Positions 35,902-46,760 of a DNA stretch of 64,000 nt are shown here, one piece after another. How positions within the stretch are numbered: the first letter of the stretch is position 1; each line of letters opens with the position of its first letter. This DNA is from Patescibacteria group bacterium. GTDB taxonomy: Bacteria; Patescibacteriota; Patescibacteriia; UM-FILTER-42-10. The notes under the pieces were generated by a model. The model saw only the letters and a program-made list of their open reading frames with translations. It was not told the origin of the DNA and did no database searches. Location: assembly GCA_041664365.1 (NCBI GenBank), contig JBAYKW010000007.1, positions 434-64,433 on the forward strand, in the 5' to 3' direction. The translations under genes were made by a program, and so were the position numbers.

Positions 35902-37266
35902 ATGACGAAGGAGCAGCTTTGGCAAGCAGTTTTGGGGGAGTTAGAATTATCGCTGAGCAAAGCAAATTTTACCACTTGGTTTAATAATACCTTTGTTTCC
36001 GAATTCGATGATGAAAAGATTATAATAGCGGTTCCAAACACTTTCACCAAAACTTGGTTTGAAAATAAATATCATCAAACCATCACCCAAGCTCTCCAAA
36101 ATGTCACTGAAAACAAAATTAGAGAAGTAACTTATAAAGTGGAGTTTTCAAAGAACCCAAACAATTCCACTTTAAAACCTCAGATATCTGAAGCAGAAAA
36201 AAAGGTGGATTCTTTAAAGAAGAAAAGTGCGCAGGAAAATGATAACGGACTTAATCCTTCTTATACATTTGAAAATTTTGTTGTCGGCAAAGGAAATGAC
36301 CTAGCTAAGGCAGCCTGTATAGCAACCGCGGAAAAACCAGGGATTATTTATAATCCTCTTTTTATTTATGGCGGAGTGGGGTTAGGAAAAACCCATTTAC
36401 TACAGGCGGTCGGTCATAGAACAATGGAAATATATAAAAACAAGAAGGTTGTTTATGTTACTTGTGAAAGTTTTACTAATGATTTCATTCAGTCGGTAAG
36501 TAATGGAAAAACAGAAAAATTTAAAGACTATTATCGCTCTGTAGATGTTTTGTTAATTGATGATATACAATTTTTGGCAACAAAAGAGCGCACACAGGAA
36601 GAATTTTTCCACACCTTTAATACACTCCACCAAGCTCGGAAACAAATTGTTATCAGTTCCGACCGACCGCCAAAGGCAATCCCGGCATTAGAAAAAAGGC
36701 TTATTTCTCGTTTTGAATGGGGGATGATCGCGGATATTTCCAGTCCTGATTTAGAAACAAGGGCGGCTATTTTAGAAACAAAATGCAGAGAAAAGGGTTA
36801 TCAACTAAGCAACGAAATTCTCTCTTCTATTGCCGCTTCAGTACAAAACAATGTTAGAGAGCTTGAGGGTGCTTTAAACCGCATTATTGCCCATCACCAG
36901 CTCAATAACAGTACGCCAACGCTTGAATCAACGAAAGAAGTGTTATCTGCCCTTGCCAGCACACCAAGAAAAGGCGCATTAACTCCAAAACAGGTTATCG
37001 CAACTGTGGCCGAGTTCTATGAAATTAATATAAAAGATTTGATTGGTGAAAGCAGAAAAAAGGAATTGGTCGTGCCGAGACAGATTTCCATGTTTTTAAT
37101 GAGGGAGGAAATAAAAACTTCTTACCCGAGTATTGGACAGGAGGTTGGTGGTAGAGATCATACAACCGCAATGCATGCATATATGAAAATAACAAAAGAA
37201 GTGGAAGAAAATGAAAAAATAAAGCAGGAAATTGATTTAATCCTTCAGCGTCTTTATAATAATTAA
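35902..37266 (+). CDS. dnaA: Chromosomal replication initiator DnaA
   Basis: GGVGLGKTHLLQAVG Walker A; C-terminal DnaA-box binding domain. Confidence 0.9.
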   Translation: MTKEQLWQAVLGELELSLSKANFTTWFNNTFVSEFDDEKIIIAVPNTFTKTWFENKYHQTITQALQNVTENKIREVTYKVEFSKNPNNSTLKPQISEAEKKVDSLKKKSAQENDNGLNPSYTFENFVVGKGNDLAKAACIATAEKPGIIYNPLFIYGGVGLGKTHLLQAVGHRTMEIYKNKKVVYVTCESFTNDFIQSVSNGKTEKFKDYYRSVDVLLIDDIQFLATKERTQEEFFHTFNTLHQARKQIVISSDRPPKAIPALEKRLISRFEWGMIADISSPDLETRAAILETKCREKGYQLSNEILSSIAASVQNNVRELEGALNRIIAHHQLNNSTPTLESTKEVLSALASTPRKGALTPKQVIATVAEFYEINIKDLIGESRKKELVVPRQISMFLMREEIKTSYPSIGQEVGGRDHTTAMHAYMKITKEVEENEKIKQEIDLILQRLYNN

Positions 37267-37484
37267 CAATTAACTTTTTTGTGTAAAAATCTGTTGATAA
37301 AGGGTGTAGATAATTTGTAGAAAAACAGAAAGAATAATTCTCTTGAACTTTATACACAAAACAACCAACCACTTATCCAAAATAAAATGTTAATAAACAT
37401 TCCAAAAAATAAAAGGGAAAACAAAGAATTAAAATCTTTATCCACTTATTAACATTATTACTACTATAATTAATATAATATACT
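37267..37484. promoter_or_regulatory. Probable oriC: AT-rich dnaA-dnaN spacer with at least four DnaA-box-like 9-mers
   Basis: TTATCAACA (revcomp at 37292-37300), TTATCTACA (revcomp at 37305-37313), TTATCCAAA (37374-37382), TTATCCACT (37438-37446); strand orientation flips here. Confidence 0.55.
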
Positions 37485-38591
37485 ATGAAACTATATTGTA
37501 CCCAGGAAAATTTAAATAGGGGATTAAATATTGTAAGCCATCTGGCAGGTAAGAATACTACCCTTCCAATCCTTGATAATATTTTAGTAAGTATTGAAAA
37601 TGGTATAATTCAACTTTCTACCACAAATTTAGAAATGGGGATCAGTTGTAAAATTAGAGGTAAGGTGGAAAGTGAAGGAAAAACAACTATTCCAGCAAAA
37701 TTATTTTCTGACTATATCAGTCTTCTACCAAATGAGAAAATTTATATTGAAGAAACTGAAAAAAAGATATATATCAGCTGTACCGATCAGGAAACAACAA
37801 TTCAGGGGATGTCGGCTGAGGACTACCCTTTAATTCCTTCATTAGAAAAAAAGAATAAGATTGTGATTAAAACCGAGGATTTAAAAAATGTTGTCAAAGA
37901 AACACTATTTGCCGCTGCCTATGATGAAACAAGGCCGGAAATCAGCGGAATGTTAATAAAAATTGAAGGGAATAAGGCAAGATTTGTTGCAACTGACAGC
38001 TACCGACTCGCCGAAAAAACAATAATTATTGATTCAAAAGGAGTGGGTGATGTAGAAAGCATTTTACCATCCAGAACTATGCAGGAGCTTGTTAGGATTG
38101 TTGGCATGTCAGAGTCGGAAGAAATAGAAATGTATATAGCAGAAAATCAGGTTCTCTTTTGTGTTGATGATATTGAAATAATTTCCCGGGCAATCGAGGG
38201 GAATTATCCGGACTATCAGCAAATAATACCAAAAGAGAAAAAAACCGGCGTCCTGGCAAATAAAGAGGATTTGTTAAAAGTAATAAAAACAACAAGTCTT
38301 TTTTCAAAGAGTGGGATTAATGATGTAAACATCAAAGTGGTAAAAGAAAACAATGAATTAATTGTTTCCGCAATTAATTCACAACTGGGAGAAAACATAT
38401 CTAGGCTGAAAGTTGAGATCGAGGGGGAGGATAATCAAATTGTTTTTAACCACCGTTATCTTTTGGACGGACTGCAGTGTATTGATTCAGAAAAAGTGTT
38501 TTTAGAAATAATAAATAACACAAACCCTGGTGTGGTTCGACCGGAAAATGATGAAAATTACGTTTATATAATCATGCCGATTAAACAGTAG
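37485..38591 (+). CDS. dnaN: DNA polymerase III beta sliding clamp
   Basis: 368 aa, three-domain clamp. Confidence 0.85.
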   Translation: MKLYCTQENLNRGLNIVSHLAGKNTTLPILDNILVSIENGIIQLSTTNLEMGISCKIRGKVESEGKTTIPAKLFSDYISLLPNEKIYIEETEKKIYISCTDQETTIQGMSAEDYPLIPSLEKKNKIVIKTEDLKNVVKETLFAAAYDETRPEISGMLIKIEGNKARFVATDSYRLAEKTIIIDSKGVGDVESILPSRTMQELVRIVGMSESEEIEMYIAENQVLFCVDDIEIISRAIEGNYPDYQQIIPKEKKTGVLANKEDLLKVIKTTSLFSKSGINDVNIKVVKENNELIVSAINSQLGENISRLKVEIEGEDNQIVFNHRYLLDGLQCIDSEKVFLEIINNTNPGVVRPENDENYVYIIMPIKQ

Positions 38592-38597
38592 GAAGAA

Positions 38598-38891
38598 ATG
38601 AGAAAAATAGAAAATCTTCTGGAAGGCTCTTTGGTTCGTGCCGGTATAGAGCAAAGAGTAAATTCTTTGCGGGTAATTTATGAAGTTAAGAAAATATTTC
38701 TTAATATGTTCGGGGTAAACTCCCGCTTCACTGTCGTCCCCAAAGGGGTTAAAGAAAAAATTTTATTAATAGAGGTTAGGGACGAATCAGAAATCCAGGA
38801 GATTAAAAACAGGGAAGAAGAAATATTAGTTGAACTTGAAAATAAATTAAAAAAAACAGCAGTCAAAAGATTGCGATTCTTATTAAGGTAA
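38598..38891 (+). CDS. DUF721/DciA-like small protein downstream of dnaN
   Basis: 97 aa; conserved position after dnaN; weak pattern match. Confidence 0.4.
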   Translation: MRKIENLLEGSLVRAGIEQRVNSLRVIYEVKKIFLNMFGVNSRFTVVPKGVKEKILLIEVRDESEIQEIKNREEEILVELENKLKKTAVKRLRFLLR

Positions 38892-38896
38892 AATAT

Positions 38897-41749
38897 CTAC
38901 TCAATAGTTAAAGGCAACAGGTCACTCGTTGCCTTTTTGTTATTTCTGGTTGTTACAGAAAGATAAAGACTGTATAATCCTGCTTCTGGGTAGTTTTCCC
39001 AAACAAATGTGTTCGAGTTTGATTTGGGGTCTGAGATGGAATTAATTAAAGTCGGTGGTTCTGATGTGTTCGGTTTGGAATAGTATAAACTTATTTTTTC
39101 AACACCAGCTGGGCTGTATGAATAGCTTTGGATGGTTAAGGGAAAATCATCTTGGTTGAGGGTGGAGGAAGAGCTTGGAGAAACAAAATATACAGTTGCC
39201 GAAAGGTCGGAGTTATAAGAAAATGTTACACTTGCCTGAGAAAAATTTGAAACTTCATCATACGCTATAACAGTTAGGGTATGCGACCCGTTCGTCAGGT
39301 TAAATGGGGAATATGAAGTTTGAAATGGTTTTTTTGTTACTGATTCAACGAGTGTTTTATCAATAAAATATTCTACCTTATTAATTTTGTGATTTCCGCT
39401 TGCTGTAGATTTTGTTGATACTGAAAATGTCTCTTCATTTAACTCCGAATCTTTTATTGGTTTTGTTATTGTTACTGTCGGCTGTTCTTCTGTTGGTCTG
39501 AAACCACAATCTTCAAACACTTCTTTCCCCGGAGAAACATACCCGTTTCTTTCTGCCCATGCTCGTACAGGAGCTTCCCACTGGTTGAATTGAGGGTCGC
39601 TGGCAGGGTTTTTAGGGTTAGGTCCTTCTGGGTCGTTTTTATCAACATAATATAGGATACTATGAGTTTCTTTAAAATCAACTTCCTTTTTATATTTTTC
39701 CGGATACGTATCAATACAACTTTGCGGGATTGTTTTACCGGAATAAATATCGACTACCCTTTTTGTGATGGTATCAATTTCCCCTTTTAATATTGGCTTT
39801 TCAGAATTATTTGCTGGCGGTTGTTTGAATATTTCAACAGGTGATCCGACTAAAATTCTTTTCATAAACTGGTTCCAAATTGGAGCGGCAACGACAGATC
39901 CGTCTGCGCCACGGGACATCTCAGTGTTGTCATTATTCCCAACCCATACCCCAGTTGCGATAGAAGGGGTATATCCCATCGTCCAGCCATCTTTATAGTC
40001 ATTGGTAGTGCCGGTTTTAACCGCTACCGGTCTGTCCGGGAGAGTAAGAAAATTTGAAGAACCAAATATATAAGCGCGGGCATTATTATCCGTGAGTATG
40101 CTGTTTAGTTGCTGTACGGCCACCCGATCAATCACTTCTTCTCCTTCCGACTCGGTAAATTCTTCCAGAGTCTTACCATCCCGGTCCTCAACTTTAATAA
40201 TTGCAGTGTGGGGGTAACGTACGCCCTCACGGGCCAGTGTGGAAAAGGCGGAAACATGTTCCAGTAGTTTAACATCTCCTCCACCCAACACTAGGGAAAG
40301 ACCATAACGGTCTGGGTCGTTAAGTGTGGTATAACCAAGATCGTGAGCAGTATCAATTACATTGTTAACTCCGGCCAAATATAGGGTCTTTACTGCTGGG
40401 ATATTAAGCGATCCTGCCAGTGCTTTTTTCATTGATATGGGACCTCGTTCACCGCCGTCATAGTTAGATGGGGTGTAATCGCCGAAATCTGTTTTCAAAT
40501 CAAACAGCATGGTTTCCGGAGTATAACCTCTTTCAAAGGCAGTAACGTAGGCGATCGGTTTGAAGGATGATCCCGGTTGGTTGCCACGGATTGCTATGTT
40601 TACTTGTCCGTCGATTTCTTCATCAAAGTAATTTCTGGATCCGACCATGGTCAGTATCTGTCCTGTTTTAGTATCAATCGCTACCAAGGCGGCGTTCTCC
40701 GCGTTATAACGTTCCTCGTTCTTTGGTGCTTGTTCGGCAATCACTTCTTCGGCAATTTTTTGTTTGTCATAATCAAGAGTTGTAATGACTTTTAATCCCC
40801 CCTCTTCCACAACTCTTTCACCGTATTTTTCTGTGAGCAACTCTTTCACATACATCACAAAGTGGGGCGCTTCAATATCTGTAAATTGAACTGTAAAATC
40901 CAGCTCTGTTTTTTTTGCTTCTTCTGCCTCCGCCTCTGTTATATACTCCTGTTCAGCCATCATGTCTAAGATGTATTGTTGGCGACCAATCAACAAATCT
41001 TTGTTTGATCCATATGGAGAATAGCGGGTAGGGGCTTGCGGTAATGCTGCAAGAAGCGCAGATTCCGCAAGGTTAATGTCCTGAACTTTTTTACCAAAAT
41101 ATTTTTGACTTGCTGCCTGGACTCCATAAGCAGTAGAACCGTATGGGATTTCATTTAAATACATTTGTAGGATCTCATCCTTGGAGAATTTTTTTTCAAT
41201 CTGGTATGACAATATCCATTCTTTCACTTTTCTAGTTATAGTTCTTTCGTCTGTGAGGATCGAATTTTTAACAAATTGTTGGGTAAGAGTTGAGCCACCC
41301 TGGACGCTCCCACCTCTCAGTTTTTGCAGTACTACACCACGAAATATACCCCAAAGGCTTACGCCTCCGTGTTTGTAAAAAGTTTTATCTTCTATCGCAA
41401 TGGTCGCGTGCTCTAAGTAATCCGGGATTTCTTCCAAAGTTACCAAAGTTCTTTTTTTGTCGCCGTAAATTTCATATAAAAGGTGTTCACCAGTGCGGTC
41501 AAATATCTGCGTACTTTGAGCAATATTTCTTTCTAATATTTTGTCCGGATCCGGGAGGTCTTTTGATATCCAGGCAAACATTCCCACCATAATAATAACA
41601 CCTGCCAAAGAAACAATACCAAATAACTTCAAATAAAAAGCTTTCCCCCGGTGTCTCCACCCTTTTTTATTTTTTCCAGCTTGAGAGGTCCCAACCGGAT
41701 GGCTTTTCCAAGAACGACGGAATTCATTTGATAGTTGTGGTATAGGCAT
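38897..41749 (-). CDS. Class A penicillin-binding protein (PBP1A, transglycosylase + transpeptidase) with a long C-terminal beta-rich extension
   Basis: EDKTFYKHGG (GT51); SSFKP, KTGTT (TPase); N-terminal TM anchor. Confidence 0.85.
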   Translation of the reverse strand: MPIPQLSNEFRRSWKSHPVGTSQAGKNKKGWRHRGKAFYLKLFGIVSLAGVIIMVGMFAWISKDLPDPDKILERNIAQSTQIFDRTGEHLLYEIYGDKKRTLVTLEEIPDYLEHATIAIEDKTFYKHGGVSLWGIFRGVVLQKLRGGSVQGGSTLTQQFVKNSILTDERTITRKVKEWILSYQIEKKFSKDEILQMYLNEIPYGSTAYGVQAASQKYFGKKVQDINLAESALLAALPQAPTRYSPYGSNKDLLIGRQQYILDMMAEQEYITEAEAEEAKKTELDFTVQFTDIEAPHFVMYVKELLTEKYGERVVEEGGLKVITTLDYDKQKIAEEVIAEQAPKNEERYNAENAALVAIDTKTGQILTMVGSRNYFDEEIDGQVNIAIRGNQPGSSFKPIAYVTAFERGYTPETMLFDLKTDFGDYTPSNYDGGERGPISMKKALAGSLNIPAVKTLYLAGVNNVIDTAHDLGYTTLNDPDRYGLSLVLGGGDVKLLEHVSAFSTLAREGVRYPHTAIIKVEDRDGKTLEEFTESEGEEVIDRVAVQQLNSILTDNNARAYIFGSSNFLTLPDRPVAVKTGTTNDYKDGWTMGYTPSIATGVWVGNNDNTEMSRGADGSVVAAPIWNQFMKRILVGSPVEIFKQPPANNSEKPILKGEIDTITKRVVDIYSGKTIPQSCIDTYPEKYKKEVDFKETHSILYYVDKNDPEGPNPKNPASDPQFNQWEAPVRAWAERNGYVSPGKEVFEDCGFRPTEEQPTVTITKPIKDSELNEETFSVSTKSTASGNHKINKVEYFIDKTLVESVTKKPFQTSYSPFNLTNGSHTLTVIAYDEVSNFSQASVTFSYNSDLSATVYFVSPSSSSTLNQDDFPLTIQSYSYSPAGVEKISLYYSKPNTSEPPTLINSISDPKSNSNTFVWENYPEAGLYSLYLSVTTRNNKKATSDLLPLTIE
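38911..38940. terminator. Terminator GGCAAC...GTTGCC + T5 shared by convergent genes
   Basis: Hairpin overlaps the last codons of the minus-strand PBP gene. Confidence 0.55.
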
Positions 41750-41791
41750 TTTTTGGAATTTTAATTTCCACGAATGACAATAATAACTTAG

Positions 41792-42661
41792 TTATTGTTG
41801 CTTTGTCAAAGTTTGTTTAGCCAGCATCGCTGCGCCGATAATTGCACTGTTTTTTAGTGAAGAAATTCTGATTGAGCATGGCCTGATCAGTGATCTTCTG
41901 GTCATCTCTTTGCGCATGGAAAGAGAAAAAAACTTCCAAGCCTGGCTGATTTTTCCGCCGAGTACAATCACATCCGGATCGTAGACATTGATTGTATTAA
42001 CCAGACCGATCCCCAAATATTTTCCCATTTCACGCCAGGCACGGAGAGCTTTTATATTGCCGTGTTTAGCAAGTTTGTATAGGCCAAGGCCGTCGGCTGT
42101 TGGTAGGTCGTATTTTCTGGCCAGCCAGGCGATTCCTTTCTTGCCGACGTATTGTTCAAAACAGCCGGAATTTCCGCATTCACACTGTGGTCCGTTATAG
42201 TCCAGTGTCGTGTGTCCGATTTCTGAGGCTTCCTTTCTGCCGTGGTAAATCTTCTGGTCAATTACCAAGCCCCCGCCGATCCCTGTACCCAGGGTAATAC
42301 CGGTTACAATATTCTGGTGTTTTCCTTTCCCCACCATAGCTTCCGCCAATGCAAAACAGTTGGCATCATTATCTAGAAATACCGGCAGTCTGAAAGCACG
42401 TTCCAGTCGGCTTTTTATTAAAGATCCGCGAACGGGGATATTAACAGCCGCCGGCCAGCCTAAACCGATCCCAGCGCATTCTTCAGAAGACTGTAATAGT
42501 AGTTGGACATTTTCAATCACCTTTTTTATTATTAATCTTTGGCGATGACGGGTTGGTACCAAAGTGGTGAATGTTTCCAACACCTTACCTTTAGAAGAAA
42601 CAAGCCCACCCTCTAAAGTGGTCCCGCCCATATCGATCCCGATGTATGTTTTTTGTTTCAT
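41792..42661 (-). CDS. ROK-family glucokinase
   Basis: IGIDMGGT; CxCGxxGCxE zinc motif. Confidence 0.75.
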   Translation of the reverse strand: MKQKTYIGIDMGGTTLEGGLVSSKGKVLETFTTLVPTRHRQRLIIKKVIENVQLLLQSSEECAGIGLGWPAAVNIPVRGSLIKSRLERAFRLPVFLDNDANCFALAEAMVGKGKHQNIVTGITLGTGIGGGLVIDQKIYHGRKEASEIGHTTLDYNGPQCECGNSGCFEQYVGKKGIAWLARKYDLPTADGLGLYKLAKHGNIKALRAWREMGKYLGIGLVNTINVYDPDVIVLGGKISQAWKFFSLSMRKEMTRRSLIRPCSIRISSLKNSAIIGAAMLAKQTLTKQQ

Positions 42662-42728
42662 TTATGTCTTTCTATTATATCAGGAGTGGTGTATAATTTG
42701 AATATCTAAGCCTTATTTCCCAGTAAAA

Positions 42729-43913
42729 GTGAATAAAAAAGAGTTACAACTGGAATTATTATCCCGCGGTGTTGAAGAAATAATTGACCGGCAAAGTTTA
42801 GAAAAAAAACTGAATTCCGGAAAAAAATTACGGATTAAACTTGGTATTGACCCGACCAGCCCAAATCTACATATCGGCAGAACAATCCCGTTACTAAAAT
42901 TGCGTGATTTCCAGGAGCTGGGGCACAAGATAATATTTATTATCGGCGATTTTACTGGTGTGATTGGTGACACTTCAGATAAAGAAAGCGAACGTCCGAT
43001 GCTGGATGAAAAAACAGTCGCGCAGAACATGAAGAATTATGTTAAACAGGCAGAAAAAATTTTAGATATTGAAAAATGTGAGATCCATTACAATAGCGAG
43101 TGGCTTGAAAAACTGGATTATCATGATATCGGTAAACAGGCGGACATATTTTCTCTGAATGAATTCATCTCCCGGGAAAATATCGCAAAACGGCTGGATG
43201 CCGGCAAGCGGGTTTCTTTACGCGAGTTGCTTTACCCGCTGATGCAGGGTTATGATTCGGTTGCGGTAAAGGCGGACGTAGAAATCGGCGGAACCGACCA
43301 GCGGTTTAATTTGTTAGCCGGACGCGAATTACAAAGACATTATAACCAACCGGCGCAGGATATAATTACTAATCCGCTGATTGAAGGTTTGGACGGGCGC
43401 AAAATGAGTTCCAGCTGGGGTAATACTATTGATCTGCTGGATCCGGCGGAAGAGATTTACGGCAAAGTTATGTCACTCCGCGATGAATTAATTATCCGCT
43501 ATTTTGTATTGACGACCCGCGTTCCGCTCAAAGATATTGCGGTTTATGAAAAAGATTTGAAGGCTGGTAAAAACCCCCGCGACTATAAGATGAAACTGGC
43601 ATATGAGTTGGTAAGATTTTATCATTCGGAAAATAAAGCAAAGCAGGTGGCCGAGGAATTTACCAAAGTATTTGCAAAAAAAGAAAAACCGACTAATGTG
43701 CCGTCTGTAACAATTAAATATGATGATTATTTAATCCCGGATTTGCTCGTCGAGTTAAAATTGGCCAAGAGTAAAAGTGAAGCCCGCCGTTTAGTTGAAC
43801 AGGGTGGTGTGAGAATTGATACTAAAGTAAAAACTGATTGGAAGGAAAAGGTGAAGGTTCAGAAAGGTACATTGGTACAGGTGGGGAAGAAAAAGTTTGT
43901 TGAAATAAGATAG
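42729..43913 (+). CDS. tyrS: Tyrosine-tRNA ligase with C-terminal S4 domain
   Basis: GIDPTSPNLHIG (HIGH region), KMSSS, S4-like C-terminus. Confidence 0.85.
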   Translation: MNKKELQLELLSRGVEEIIDRQSLEKKLNSGKKLRIKLGIDPTSPNLHIGRTIPLLKLRDFQELGHKIIFIIGDFTGVIGDTSDKESERPMLDEKTVAQNMKNYVKQAEKILDIEKCEIHYNSEWLEKLDYHDIGKQADIFSLNEFISRENIAKRLDAGKRVSLRELLYPLMQGYDSVAVKADVEIGGTDQRFNLLAGRELQRHYNQPAQDIITNPLIEGLDGRKMSSSWGNTIDLLDPAEEIYGKVMSLRDELIIRYFVLTTRVPLKDIAVYEKDLKAGKNPRDYKMKLAYELVRFYHSENKAKQVAEEFTKVFAKKEKPTNVPSVTIKYDDYLIPDLLVELKLAKSKSEARRLVEQGGVRIDTKVKTDWKEKVKVQKGTLVQVGKKKFVEIR

Positions 43914-43936
43914 CATGAACATTAATAAATATAATA

Positions 43937-44287
43937 ATGAATGAACAAGGTTTTGAAAGCGATTTTGACATTGAGCAGTTTAGAACGATACTAGCTGCTA
44001 AAACTGAGGAATTTGCGACAGATAGCTATATTACTTATGGGAGTGAATCGAACCAGGAAGAGAATGAAAGAAAAAAAATGAATGCCGCCGAACTTCGTGG
44101 CAGGTTATTAGTGGATTGTGCCGAGGCACTCTTAAAATCGAATGATGCAGAGACAGTAATGTCAGTGATAAGAGAAGCTTTGGTATATTATAGATATGGC
44201 AATGGTTCTGAACTGTTTCCCGGTAGAGCAAAAGAAGATTTTTATTATGATCTTGCTTTAGCAATTGCCAAAGCAAAAAATGAATAG
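43937..44287 (+). CDS. Hypothetical protein
   Basis: 116 aa, no recognisable motif. Confidence 0.4.
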   Translation: MNEQGFESDFDIEQFRTILAAKTEEFATDSYITYGSESNQEENERKKMNAAELRGRLLVDCAEALLKSNDAETVMSVIREALVYYRYGNGSELFPGRAKEDFYYDLALAIAKAKNE

Positions 44288-44374
44288 CAACTATATTTTT
44301 AGTGATAGAAAGTAATGGAAGGATAAATTCTTTAAAAACACTGAGTAGTTTAAAGGAGGATTAAATCAAATAAT

Positions 44375-44686
44375 ATGGGTGAAATTGTTAAATTATTTCC
44401 ATCGGGGAGTGATGACTCTGAGAAAGGCGGGGGGCTTAAATTTGATCAGCGTTTGAACGCTGAAAATATTACTTTGATGTTGGAATTTCTTACTGCACTT
44501 ACCAGGGGTGATCGGTCAGCATTACACCAACCCAATATAGAAATTAGAAGAAGTTTAGTTGCCGTGGCGACAAATGAGGAATTACTTGCAATAGCTAATC
44601 AAAGTAACGAATCTGATTGGCAAGAGCATCCTTCTTATTATCACGCGTTGATTGCGGAGTTAAGAGAACGGCGCCTGATCGGGTAA
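44375..44686 (+). CDS. Hypothetical protein
   Basis: 103 aa; Shine-Dalgarno AAGGAGGA upstream. Confidence 0.45.
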   Translation: MGEIVKLFPSGSDDSEKGGGLKFDQRLNAENITLMLEFLTALTRGDRSALHQPNIEIRRSLVAVATNEELLAIANQSNESDWQEHPSYYHALIAELRERRLIG

Positions 44687-44696
44687 ATATAAATAG

Positions 44697-44726
44697 AGCC
44701 CCTTAATAAAACAAGGGGTTTTATTA
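44697..44726 (+). terminator. Terminator CCCCTT...AAGGGG + T-run
   Basis: Immediately after the 44686 stop. Confidence 0.55.
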
Positions 44727-44925
44727 TTATAATTATCTTGCTAGTCTCTAATATTTGCCAATATAAAAGAGAAGTAGTAGGCTAATCTTAGCATAATATC
44801 AAAATCAGTTGTTTTATCATTGATTTTGCCCCAAAACTTAGTATTAAACATAGTTTTGAGTAATCCCCAGTATTATTACAGGGGATATAAATCAAAGTAT
44901 TTGATATAAATTAATTAGTCGGTAA

Positions 44926-45744
44926 ATGTTAAATCTAGAAAAAGTAAACAAATCTTTCGGTAGGGATGATGATTTCGAAGTTATAAAAGATATAACCCTT
45001 TCAGCCAATGATGGTGAATTTATTTGTATCCTTGGTCCAAGTGGTTGTGGAAAGACAATTTTGCTTTATTTGATGGCGGGGTTTTTAAAACCAACTGGTG
45101 GAAAGATTTTGATGAATGGTGAAATGATTTCCGGTCCCAGTTGTGATCGCATGATGGTTTTTCAGGGCCATGTTCTTTTCCCTTGGAAGACGGTTTATGA
45201 AAATATTTATTATGCTTTGGATAAATCAACATTCAGTAAGGATGAGAAAGATAAACTGGTTATGAAATATTTGGACCTGATGGCACTGGCTTCCTTTAAA
45301 GATTGGTATCCTTATAAACTTTCCGGCGGAATGCAACAACGCGTTGCTTTGGCAAGGGCGTTGGTCACAAATCCGGAAGTTCTGTTGATGGACGAGCCTT
45401 TCTCTGCACTCGATTCTCAATACCGAAAATTTTTAAGGAAAAATCTGGAAATTATTTGGAGAAAGACAAAAAAAACCATAATTTTTGTTACGCATAGTGT
45501 GCACGAGGCAATAAATTTGGCCGACAAAATTTATCTCCTGTCTGCCAGGCCTGCGACTATAAAAAAAGTGTATACAGTAAATCTCCCCAGGCCAAGAGAT
45601 CAATCTAGTAAAGATTTCATACAGCTAAATAATGAAATTGAAGAGGACCTAACTGAGGAATTTGAAAAAATAATTAAAACACCGTCAATGGGAGAGTCTT
45701 TATCTCATATATTAAAATTAAACGGTAGAAGAGGTATTTTATGA
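44926..45744 (+). CDS. ABC transporter ATP-binding protein (NitT/TauT family)
   Basis: [23 protein letters not shown], Walker B LLMDEP. Confidence 0.85.
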   Translation: MLNLEKVNKSFGRDDDFEVIKDITLSANDGEFICILGPSGCGKTILLYLMAGFLKPTGGKILMNGEMISGPSCDRMMVFQGHVLFPWKTVYENIYYALDKSTFSKDEKDKLVMKYLDLMALASFKDWYPYKLSGGMQQRVALARALVTNPEVLLMDEPFSALDSQYRKFLRKNLEIIWRKTKKTIIFVTHSVHEAINLADKIYLLSARPATIKKVYTVNLPRPRDQSSKDFIQLNNEIEEDLTEEFEKIIKTPSMGESLSHILKLNGRRGIL

Positions 45745-46760
45745 ATAAAAAATATTTTTTTGGCACCCTGTTTGCATTATTTGCATTAGTATTTATTTAT
45801 TATTTCAATAATTCACTTAACGACAAAAATAACAAGGAAGAAAATAAAATCAAGATAGGGTATAGCATAGACAGCGTAAATCATGCCCCAATTATTATTG
45901 CTGACAATATGGGTATTTTTGATAAACACAAGCTCAATTTGGAACTTATTCCTTTCAAGGGTGGTAAAGAGGTGCAGCAGGCGCTAGCTATGGGCAGTAT
46001 AGATATCGGTTCGGCCGGCGCAACAAATTTTTTCATCCCGATAGCCAAAGGATCCCCGATAAAGATTATTGCTCCTTTAGCAGTTTCCCCGACATTAGTA
46101 TTTGTTGATCCTAGTAGCAATATTAAGACATTTGATGATTTAGTGGGAAAAACCATAGCATCACGAATAGGGCAAAGTTCCAACATCTCGTTAGGTTATG
46201 CTCTTAGGAAAGAGAATATCCCTATCAATACGATAACTTTTGAAGATATTGAGGGTAATCTGCGCCCCCTTGCCTTAATGGAGAAGAAGGTGGTTGATGT
46301 AGCGGTGGCAGGAGAATACAATGAAAAAATATATCTTGATTATGGAGCGGTTGTTTTCGAAGAGTGGATAACAAAAGGTTATGCAGACAAACCAATGCCC
46401 AGAACAGTTATTGCCGTTAATACAGATTCTTTGGAAAAAAATAAAGAAGAAATCAGCAGTTTTATTGATGCAATTATTGAAAGTCAAAGATATATTAAGG
46501 ATAACCCCGATGATGCAGCGGTAATCATTTCCAAACAAATAGAAGAAGCAACTGAAGGAGCGGTAGTCTTTTCTGTCGAAGAATTAAAAGAACAATGGAA
46601 AACAGTAAAATATGTTCTTTGGTATGAACCTTCGGATGTCGTGGAAATTTCGAAAGTAGCGCAAGAAATAGGAGATATACAAACAGCGCTGAGTGTGGAA
46701 CAGATCTTTGATCTGAGTTTTGAGGAAAAATTAAAAAATGCTCAAGATGAAATTTACTAA
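45741..46760 (+). CDS. ABC transporter substrate-binding protein (NMT1/SsuA-like)
   Basis: N-terminal signal anchor; operon position. Confidence 0.65.
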   Translation: MNKKYFFGTLFALFALVFIYYFNNSLNDKNNKEENKIKIGYSIDSVNHAPIIIADNMGIFDKHKLNLELIPFKGGKEVQQALAMGSIDIGSAGATNFFIPIAKGSPIKIIAPLAVSPTLVFVDPSSNIKTFDDLVGKTIASRIGQSSNISLGYALRKENIPINTITFEDIEGNLRPLALMEKKVVDVAVAGEYNEKIYLDYGAVVFEEWITKGYADKPMPRTVIAVNTDSLEKNKEEISSFIDAIIESQRYIKDNPDDAAVIISKQIEEATEGAVVFSVEELKEQWKTVKYVLWYEPSDVVEISKVAQEIGDIQTALSVEQIFDLSFEEKLKNAQDEIY

